From NCBI GenBank assembly GCA_965657355.1, contig CBFHOE010000008.1, positions 144,652-154,755 on the forward strand: a stretch of 10,104 nucleotides of DNA. The letters are read 5' to 3'. Numbering within the stretch: the first letter of the stretch is position 1; each line of letters starts with the position of its first letter. A program made the translations under genes and the position numbers. Origin of the DNA: Limisphaerales bacterium. GTDB taxonomy: Bacteria; Verrucomicrobiota; Verrucomicrobiia; Limisphaerales; JAJOIW01. This document shows, one piece after another, positions 1 through 6,714 of the stretch. A model generated the notes under the pieces. The model searched no databases. It had not been told where the DNA came from and saw nothing but the letters and a program-made list of their open reading frames with translations.

Positions 1-488
1 AAAGCTGATTCGAGACTCTGATTGACAAAAATTCTACTTTTAAATTTATGGGGATAATCTGATTCAAACCATTGGAATAAATTGCCGATTATAGGGTATT
101 TTTTTGGAATCGCAGCACCAAGAAAATTTTGGACCTGAAGCACTGCGGGAGTGCCACTCGGATTATTGTATGAATATAAAGGGTTCCAAGGAGCAAAGTC
201 TTCTATTATTACATCAAATTGATGACTCTTTCTCGATAGATAATTTTGTGCCATCAGAGTGTAAGCAAGAGTGCTCACTAAATAATTGTTTGCCCTGCTA
301 CCTACAGGAAAGTAATTGAGTCCGTTCCATGAATCTATTTTGTCAACACCTGGGCACTTACCACACACAACAGTGATTTCGTGACCAAAGCATTCCAAAC
401 ATTTGAGGATATTTTGAACACGCAATGCGCCACCCCCGCCAACCCAAGGGTTTCGAGGTGAGTCATATATAAATTGAACGATTTTCAC
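1..488 (-). CDS. Glycosyltransferase family 4 (GT-B fold) protein, N-terminal 162 aa; runs off the left edge of the window
   Basis: Manual translation from GTG at 488-486 is open to the window edge: MKIVQFIYDSPRNPWVGGGGALRVQNILKCLECFGHEITVVCGKCPG...FDVIIEDFAPWNP...AVLQVQN. It has the MKI beta strand, a GGGG-A-x-R glycine loop, GHEITVV and FDVII, all typical of the GT4 N-terminal Rossmann domain. It starts 9 nt after the DedA stop. Not in the supplied ORF track. Confidence 0.85.
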   Translation of the reverse strand, partial: MKIVQFIYDSPRNPWVGGGGALRVQNILKCLECFGHEITVVCGKCPGVDKIDSWNGLNYFPVGSRANNYLVSTLAYTLMAQNYLSRKSHQFDVIIEDFAPWNPLYSYNNPSGTPAVLQVQNFLGAAIPKKYPIIGNLFQWFESDYPHKFKSRIFVNQSLESA

Positions 489-497
489 ATCACTATT

Positions 498-1145
498 TTA
501 GTCGTTAAATTCAGAGAGTTGTTTCATTTTTTTTCTCATATATGTGTGCAGAATGAACCAAAAAAGTGGGGGGAGGCCGGCGCTTAGTAATATAGACGCC
601 GCGCCGTAATCTTGGCCCATATGCCCAATCCAGGCAAAGAGTCCTGAAAGTGGAATGATCCCACATAGAGTTGCTGCAATGAATGAATGCCAAGGCATTT
701 TAGTCATACCGGCAAGGCATGAAAGAATCTCGGGGAAAAGCGGGAGCCAGCGTGATAATGTGACCAGCCACCCCCCCCAGGCGGCGAACAGCTTTTCACC
801 CTTTTCTAAATCTTTTTTTCCGACCAGTTTTTCAGCTGTCGATTGTCCACAAGACCGGCATGCCCAATAAGCGATATTTGCGCTTATCGAGCTACCAATT
901 ATCCCTATGAAGGCGCCTGTGATTGGACCGTAGATAAATCCCAAAGCAGCGATAATAGCAGTTGCTGGAACTGGAAGAAATAAATCGATAGTAAGCAGCC
1001 CCAAGGCAATAGCCCAGGCCCACTCTCCATATCCTTGCAAAAATTTGATAGAAGATTGCTCCTCGCCTAATCCCATATCACCCAATATTGCAAATGGGAT
1101 AATGAGAATGACTGCCAATAAAAAAAATATAAAGACCAATCTCAT
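498..1145 (-). CDS. DedA/TVP38/TMEM64 family (VTT / SNARE-associated domain) inner membrane protein
   Basis: 215 aa and very hydrophobic. Motifs IDLFLPVPA, GFIYGPITGAFIGIIGSSISANIAYWACR and LSRWLPLFPE..SCLAG..KMPW..F match the two re-entrant-helix repeats of DedA/VTT proteins. Its start overlaps the upstream stop (TGATG at 1147-1143). Confidence 0.9.
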   Translation of the reverse strand: MRLVFIFFLLAVILIIPFAILGDMGLGEEQSSIKFLQGYGEWAWAIALGLLTIDLFLPVPATAIIAALGFIYGPITGAFIGIIGSSISANIAYWACRSCGQSTAEKLVGKKDLEKGEKLFAAWGGWLVTLSRWLPLFPEILSCLAGMTKMPWHSFIAATLCGIIPLSGLFAWIGHMGQDYGAASILLSAGLPPLFWFILHTYMRKKMKQLSEFND

Positions 1146-2146
1146 CAGGGCTTATCTATTGATTTTGAGATCAAATTAAGTTTATCTCTAATGAAGGAAA
1201 CACAAATTAATCTGTATTGTTCTTTCGTGAAAATATCTAAGTGGCCCAAATGATCCGGAAAAATAGACTGCGCTTTATCTTGTGTTGCATCAAATAATGC
1301 TTTTCCGTGCTTCGGTAAAATATCCGTGTCCCGGCCTCCATGTGCTAAAAGAAATTTATCTGGAGAGATTTTTTCTATATAATCTAGGGCTATAAATTCA
1401 TTATTTGTTGCGAGATACCCGATCCATTTGAATAACCATAAAAAACCAAGTTGACTCATTTTATCCGATGCATGAACTCGAGCATCAGCATAAGTGGATT
1501 CCGAAACTATTAAACACTTATTTGGTGTTTCAAGTGCAGCAGAAATGATAGCTAACTGCCCACCCATTGATTGCCCGAATAAAACCAGTGGAAGATCTTT
1601 GACTTTTTCTATGTTTCTGGATTCACGGATAGCCGATCTTCCGTCCTCAATTAAATTTGACATTGAGGTGGATCCAGTAGATTTCCCATACCCCGAATAA
1701 TCAAAAGCCATAACAGCAAATCCATGATCAACTAACCAATTCACATTTTTGATAGTGTGGGAAATATTTCTAAACCCCTCGTGGAAATGTAGAATCAGAG
1801 CATCTGGGACTTTGTTCGCTGGCATCAGAATCACTCCATCTAATTCCCTATCCCCACTACTTATTTTTACAGCAGTCTTACTATGGTCGATTTTTACTAA
1901 TTCTCCATAGTCTTTCAGTGAAGGTCTGAAAAAGAATTTCTCCGAAGCTCCGCTGGTTTTCAATACCATACCAATTCCTATGCCAAGAGTTCCATTTATG
2001 AGAACAGAGACAAAAAGCTCAATGCAAAGTGGCTTGATTGGGGGCCACTTTTTTTTAAACCCAAAAACCGCAACACATCTGGCTAGCAGATTAAATAGGG
2101 CAGGGATCATCAAAAAGACCACCATCGATAAAAAAGGAAATGTCAT
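1145..2146 (-). CDS. Membrane-anchored alpha/beta hydrolase (YfhR/Bem46/ABHD13-like)
   Basis: 333 aa. Two N-terminal hydrophobic segments are followed by FFFRP, FDYSGYGKSTG, the nucleophile elbow GQSMGG (Ser193), HGGRD (Asp273) and GH (His302), giving a complete Ser-Asp-His triad. Confidence 0.9.
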   Translation of the reverse strand: MTFPFLSMVVFLMIPALFNLLARCVAVFGFKKKWPPIKPLCIELFVSVLINGTLGIGIGMVLKTSGASEKFFFRPSLKDYGELVKIDHSKTAVKISSGDRELDGVILMPANKVPDALILHFHEGFRNISHTIKNVNWLVDHGFAVMAFDYSGYGKSTGSTSMSNLIEDGRSAIRESRNIEKVKDLPLVLFGQSMGGQLAIISAALETPNKCLIVSESTYADARVHASDKMSQLGFLWLFKWIGYLATNNEFIALDYIEKISPDKFLLAHGGRDTDILPKHGKALFDATQDKAQSIFPDHLGHLDIFTKEQYRLICVSFIRDKLNLISKSIDKP

Positions 2147-2170
2147 TAATTATTACTTTATTTAAATAGG

Positions 2171-2178
2171 ATTATAAT
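2171..2178. promoter_or_regulatory. Palindromic ATTATAAT giving overlapping perfect -10 boxes on both strands in the divergent intergenic region
   Basis: TATAAT occurs on + at 2173-2178 and on - at 2176-2171. The minus-strand copy lies 24 nt upstream of the hydrolase ATG (2146) with a weak -35 (TTCAAA, 2198-2193, 16-nt spacer). The region is very AT-rich, so chance occurrence is possible. Confidence 0.35.
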
Positions 2179-2265
2179 TGTATTTCTGCCTTTTTGAACT
2201 GAATTATACGATTCTAACTCAATAAAAGATTGATATAGGGAATTTCATTCGGATGATAATCAACT

Positions 2266-3657
2266 ATGAGCGATTTATATGATTTACTTGTCATCGGAGG
2301 TGGTAGTGCTGGTTATGCAGCTGCAAGAACAGCTTCAGGGGAAGGTTTGAATGTTGGGGTCGTTGAAGCTGGGCCAGATGTCGGGGGGCTATGTATTCTT
2401 CGTGGGTGTATGCCTACCAAGGCTCTTCTGCAGTCGGCGGAAGTGGCACACATTGTTTCCAAGTCAAAAGTATGGGGCATTGACATTCCAGAATTCACTG
2501 TTGATTTTCCAGCCGTTATGGCTCGCAAAGACTTCCTGATTGATGATTTTGCCGGATATCGGCGCGAACAACTCTTGAATGGGGACAAGTTCAAATTCAT
2601 CAAAGAGCACGCAAGCTTCATCGACCCTCATTCAGTTAGACTAAGCAGCGGAAAAATACTAAAAGCCAAAAATTTTCTCATTAGCACAGGATCTAAAATA
2701 TCACCTAGTCCATTGGGTAGTCTGATGAACATTGGTTACATAACCAGTGACGACGCTTTGAAGCTAAAGAAACTTCCTTCCTCCATAATAGTTCTTGGAG
2801 GAGGTGTTATAGCCGTTGAAATGGCTCAATACTTTCACAGACTTGGTGTGAAAACAACCGTGATTCAGAGAAGTGAGGACATCCTCAAAGAGTACGATAC
2901 AGACGTTTCTAAGACTCTTCGTGAAGCTTTTGAAGATGAAGGTATTGAGGTAATAACTCGGACAAGGATTGAGGGAGCTGAATTATCCGGGACGGGTAAA
3001 AAGATCATTTTTGATCAAGATGGAAAAAGGAAATATGTCGAAGCTGAGGAAATTCTTTTCGCCCTGGGAAGATCTCCAAATACTTCCTCTTTAAATTTAG
3101 AGGCGGCTGGAGTCGAACACGTTAACGGAAGGATAAATGTCATTCCCACCCAGCAAACATCACAGCCACATATTTATGCTGCAGGGGATTGCTGTGGCCC
3201 ATTTGAGGTTGTTCACCTCGCTATACAACAGGGAGAGACGGCAGCAAATAACATCGTTGATTCATCTAAGTTGAATAAAATGGATTACAGGCTAATTACC
3301 CAAATTGTATTTACTGATCCTCAGGTGGCACAAGTCGGCTTGAATGAAAAACAAGCGAAGAAACAAGGGGTTCCGTACAAGGTAGCAAGTTACCCATTTA
3401 ATGATCATGGAAAATCTATGATTCTTGATACCAAACACGGATTTGTAAAAATGTTAGCAAACTCTGAATCCGGTGAAATAATTGGTGCAGCCTGCGTTGG
3501 GCCAATGGGGGGAGAGCTAATCCATGAAATAATTGTAGCGATGCATTCGAAGCTCTCTGTTCGTGAATTTATCACTATTCCACATTATCATCCGACATTA
3601 GCTGAGATATGGACCTACCCGGCAGAAGACCTTGCTGATGAGATAAACAAAACCTAG
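2266..3657 (+). CDS. Class-I pyridine nucleotide-disulfide oxidoreductase (dihydrolipoamide dehydrogenase / mercuric reductase / RclA superfamily)
   Basis: 463 aa. FAD motif VIGGGSAG, redox disulfide GGLCILRGCMPTK (C43/C48), NAD(P) motif LGGGVIAVE, T...IYAAGD, FTDPQVAQVG, and the dimerisation-domain HYHPTLAE His-Glu pair. Confidence 0.93.
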   Translation: MSDLYDLLVIGGGSAGYAAARTASGEGLNVGVVEAGPDVGGLCILRGCMPTKALLQSAEVAHIVSKSKVWGIDIPEFTVDFPAVMARKDFLIDDFAGYRREQLLNGDKFKFIKEHASFIDPHSVRLSSGKILKAKNFLISTGSKISPSPLGSLMNIGYITSDDALKLKKLPSSIIVLGGGVIAVEMAQYFHRLGVKTTVIQRSEDILKEYDTDVSKTLREAFEDEGIEVITRTRIEGAELSGTGKKIIFDQDGKRKYVEAEEILFALGRSPNTSSLNLEAAGVEHVNGRINVIPTQQTSQPHIYAAGDCCGPFEVVHLAIQQGETAANNIVDSSKLNKMDYRLITQIVFTDPQVAQVGLNEKQAKKQGVPYKVASYPFNDHGKSMILDTKHGFVKMLANSESGEIIGAACVGPMGGELIHEIIVAMHSKLSVREFITIPHYHPTLAEIWTYPAEDLADEINKT

Positions 3658-3712
3658 CCAAAAGTCATAAGTCCCAGGAGAGTCTATGATTCCAGTAGAA
3701 AGAATTCATTAA

Positions 3713-3723
3713 TGTGGTATTGT
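3713..3723 (+). promoter_or_regulatory. Candidate extended -10 promoter for the lipoprotein gene
   Basis: TGTG-G-TATTGT resembles TRTGnTATAAT and ends 23 nt upstream of the ATG at 3747. There is no convincing -35. Confidence 0.3.
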
Positions 3724-3746
3724 AGTAATGTAATTTTTGTAAAGTT

Positions 3747-4028
3747 ATGAAGTGGTCAATGTATATGTGTTTCCTCCTGTTTTGTCTCGGATGCTCCACC
3801 ACACCCGATGATCCTCAGTTTCAAAGTATGTTCGAAATCGAAGATTCGGATGCTCACAATCTTACAAAGAGTCAAGTCGTGGAGATGTATGGACAACCGG
3901 ACAGTATCAAAAAAATTGGTGGCGAGGAAGAATGGTTCTTTGATAAGGCTGCCGATGAATCAAAATTAATCCTTGTTTTTGACAATGAAGGAAACTTGGT
4001 TTCGACCCGTCATAACAGCGAAGAATAG
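3747..4028 (+). CDS. Small lipoprotein with SmpA/OmlA (BamE-like, BLIP-type) fold signature
   Basis: 93 aa. MK plus a hydrophobic stretch leads to a lipobox-like CLG|C (Cys16) followed by STT. The mature part has LTKSQVVEMYGQPD...EEWFF...LILVFDNEGNLV, matching the (G)MTxxQVxxxLGxP...WxY...LxVxFDxxGxV pattern. Confidence 0.75.
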   Translation: MKWSMYMCFLLFCLGCSTTPDDPQFQSMFEIEDSDAHNLTKSQVVEMYGQPDSIKKIGGEEEWFFDKAADESKLILVFDNEGNLVSTRHNSEE

Positions 4029-4044
4029 TTGAAGCAAAAATTGA

Positions 4045-6597
4045 TTATTTCACAAAACGAAGAAGCGGTCCCCAGTTTTGCGATAGCTTTATTCGTATAA
4101 CTACTTCTGCTATTTCTTCTGACTTTATCCTGAGCATGGATTTCCCGGTTTGAGCATCTGAGTGGATTTGTCCTCCGAATGATCTTGGATCCTTACCATT
4201 TTTAGTCCATGTAAGTTGCGCTCCTGATTTTGAGAGTGAGCCGGGTATCGTAACAACTGTGAATTGTTTGGTTGAATGAACTTTAGGTAGAGGCAATGTG
4301 TGGGCTAATCCTGCGGCTTGGAGTTGTCCGTAAATTACCTTCAGGCGGTAGGGGAGGTAGTTTTCTCTTATAGCATTGACCGACGGCACCCAATGATCAT
4401 CGCGATTCAAAATGTTCCAAGGGCTTGGATTTTGAGCGATCCCGCTACCCCAGCGGGCAGATTCAGCAACAACTGCAAAATATATTTCTCTCACTCTTTT
4501 GTCCCACAGTTTTATGAGGGTATCATGGTGAAGGCTTCCTCCTTTGTTAAAGTGAAGATGGACTCTGTCTTTAATCAGGAATCTAAACTCAGGATTTTTG
4601 ATGCATTGTTCCCATAAATACTGTGGATTGGAGTATTCAAAATTATCACCAGTGAGGTAAGGGCCGGTTCTATCCTGATGTATGTCATAAGATAGGACGC
4701 TGTGCTCCGCATCCCAGATAAAGAATTGAAATCCTTCAGAGCTATTACGGTTCCTTATGGCATACCAATTATTTGGGCGGTCCCCACCTGAGGTTAAAGG
4801 GGCATCTTTGTTACCCATACTAAGAATAATTAGCATATAATCTGCAAGGTTCCCTGGATCTAACAAGGGGTTATGACCGGCTTTAGTCCCGTCGAGTTTT
4901 TTTCCAATGGCATAGGCATATGTCAACATATCTTTCATGCCATTGCCTTCGTTAGTTAATCTCCAAAGATCATTCCATGCATCTAAATTTCCGTCGGTCG
5001 CTTCAATATGCATTGTGAATCCACTCGGTCCTTTTGGTCTATCGTCGGGCATGCCCGTATATCTGCCAGCCCAATTGAATCCTGCGCTTTTAATGACATC
5101 GAAATTTTTCTTTTTGCCTCCAATGTATGAATTCCCATATGAAGCCTCAGGTCTTTCACTGGAATTATAAAGTCCCCAATAGAGCCCATTGATGAATAAG
5201 TGGCAGAAATCTCCTCGCGCAGCTGGGCGATTCATTTGTAGTTGAAGGTCTCGGTTGAATTGGTCCCTGATAAAAACAGCTCTTGGATCTCTTTGGAAAC
5301 TCCAGCTGTAGTTTTGTGAACATCTTAGATCAAGGTGATCAAATTCATCCGTCCCATCATATTCGGGGAAAAGGTCATATCTGAATTTTGGTTCTCCATA
5401 TGATTTGCGAAAGAAGAATCTGAAACTGTGTTTAGGATTTCTCGTGCTTCGAGAAAATCCGCCTCTAATTCGAATGCCAGCATTGGATTGCCCGTTTTTT
5501 AATTCACCATGTGGTATGTATTCAAGGATACAATGACGTTCCCAGTTTCTCCCTTTCATCGGGGCGTTCGAATATATTCCATTTTCATAATCGAATAAGT
5601 CCATGGGATCAACGATTACTGAAAAAATTGGAATGGATGAGAATGCTTTACTGAGTTTTTCATCCCATCCCCATTCGTCGATTAATTCTTGATCAGGGCC
5701 ATAATACGTGGCATTGCGTCCCCAGTTTTTGGGCCACATTTTAGATTTGTCATATTCGCCACTACCAAGAAAAAGATTATTCAGAAACAAGTAAGATCTT
5801 GCCTGTTGGGGCGCCACTTCTACTCCATTATCAAAAAATCCAAATCTAATTGTAGTTGTTTCTGTAATTGTAAATTCAGTCCCGGCATTCCATGTTTTAG
5901 ACGTGCCGTTCTCGGGAGACGTGCCATCTGTAGTATAACGAATTTCGATCGATGGATACTCATTCAAGATGTGAGGTTGAATTTTCTCTGTAGGGATAAA
6001 CAGTCCTGATGGTGGGGTTATGTCAAAAGAGTTTTTTGTGAGCCAGATTTTTTTTACACGGCTATTTGTTAATCCAGGCGATGGTAATTCAAGGTAACCT
6101 GGTAAACCTGACTTGCTGTATCCATAAGCCTGGTCTTCATCCATATCTGGAAAATGGAAATGTGATATCTTGATCCATTTTGATTGCTCACGGTTTTTTT
6201 CAAATTTGAAAATCCACAATGATTCGCCCTGTGCACTCAATTTGAAAGGAGCATTGGTCTTTTTTCCATTTGCAAAAAATATGAGGCAATCACCTGGTGG
6301 TAGTTGTTTGTTTGGTAACCTCCAAATATCTTTTTGTGATAAGTGGTCAGAAACCCCATAGTCAGATAATTGAATGCTTTTTTCTGATATATTTTGTATT
6401 TCAAACCAATCACTTTTCTTTCCATCGGGGTCAGAAATCCCAGACTTATTATCAGGTAAAACTTCTGAGATTCTTATTGGAGATTGCGCAAGAGCTGAGT
6501 GATTCGAAAATGTTGAAAAAAGACATATCACGGCTACCAATAAAGCGGCTTTCACTTTATCAAAGATAAAAAAATAATGAGAATCAGGCGGTTTCAT
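4045..6597 (-). CDS. Secreted CotH-kinase family protein with an N-terminal lamin tail domain and Fn3-associated/CHB_HEX_C-like modules
   Basis: 850 aa. Signal peptide ending ALA|Q. LTD signature IRISEV.PDN...DPDG..SDWFEI.N...FKLSAQGE. CHB_HEX_C-like IRYTTDGTSP. CotH motifs GIRIRGG..R...KHSFR, LFINGLYWGLYN..ERP, GNKD...NNWY and WDAE. A second module, WTKNGKDPR, lies near the C terminus. Confidence 0.88.
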   Translation of the reverse strand: MKPPDSHYFFIFDKVKAALLVAVICLFSTFSNHSALAQSPIRISEVLPDNKSGISDPDGKKSDWFEIQNISEKSIQLSDYGVSDHLSQKDIWRLPNKQLPPGDCLIFFANGKKTNAPFKLSAQGESLWIFKFEKNREQSKWIKISHFHFPDMDEDQAYGYSKSGLPGYLELPSPGLTNSRVKKIWLTKNSFDITPPSGLFIPTEKIQPHILNEYPSIEIRYTTDGTSPENGTSKTWNAGTEFTITETTTIRFGFFDNGVEVAPQQARSYLFLNNLFLGSGEYDKSKMWPKNWGRNATYYGPDQELIDEWGWDEKLSKAFSSIPIFSVIVDPMDLFDYENGIYSNAPMKGRNWERHCILEYIPHGELKNGQSNAGIRIRGGFSRSTRNPKHSFRFFFRKSYGEPKFRYDLFPEYDGTDEFDHLDLRCSQNYSWSFQRDPRAVFIRDQFNRDLQLQMNRPAARGDFCHLFINGLYWGLYNSSERPEASYGNSYIGGKKKNFDVIKSAGFNWAGRYTGMPDDRPKGPSGFTMHIEATDGNLDAWNDLWRLTNEGNGMKDMLTYAYAIGKKLDGTKAGHNPLLDPGNLADYMLIILSMGNKDAPLTSGGDRPNNWYAIRNRNSSEGFQFFIWDAEHSVLSYDIHQDRTGPYLTGDNFEYSNPQYLWEQCIKNPEFRFLIKDRVHLHFNKGGSLHHDTLIKLWDKRVREIYFAVVAESARWGSGIAQNPSPWNILNRDDHWVPSVNAIRENYLPYRLKVIYGQLQAAGLAHTLPLPKVHSTKQFTVVTIPGSLSKSGAQLTWTKNGKDPRSFGGQIHSDAQTGKSMLRIKSEEIAEVVIRIKLSQNWGPLLRFVK

Positions 6598-6714
6598 TGG
6601 TTAATTTTTTTGATGTGGCCCTTGATTGAGAAATGCTCTGAACTTATGTTTGAACGACATTCCGATTTATGTAATGTCATCGCATTTGTAATGGAAAGAA
6701 TATAATGAAGATAG

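Noticed and set aside
104..319. 71-aa plus-strand Cys-rich ORF from the track
   Set aside because: It lies antisense to the GT4 gene, which has clear family motifs, and has no recognisable features of its own.
2249..2267. Fur-box-like ATGATAATCA at the reductase start
   Set aside because: Only 10 of 19 positions match the consensus and there is no second half-site.
2266..3657. Calling the reductase merA or lpdA
   Set aside because: It has no C-terminal Cys-Cys or mer operon context for merA. Its active-site and nucleotide-specificity motifs are atypical for lpdA, and no dehydrogenase-complex genes are adjacent.
3664..3689. TCATA...TATGA imperfect inverted repeat after the reductase as a terminator
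   Set aside because: The stem is weak and interrupted, and there is no U-tract.
4045..6597. CotH as evidence of sporulation
   Set aside because: CotH domains with LTD modules and signal peptides are widespread in non-sporulating bacteria, and no other sporulation genes are present in this window.
6640..6651. GAAC-N4-GTTT resembling a Gram-positive LexA box upstream of mfd
   Set aside because: The flanks and spacer fit poorly, it does not match the TGTTC-N4-GAACA motif reported for Verrucomicrobia, and mfd is not usually an SOS gene.
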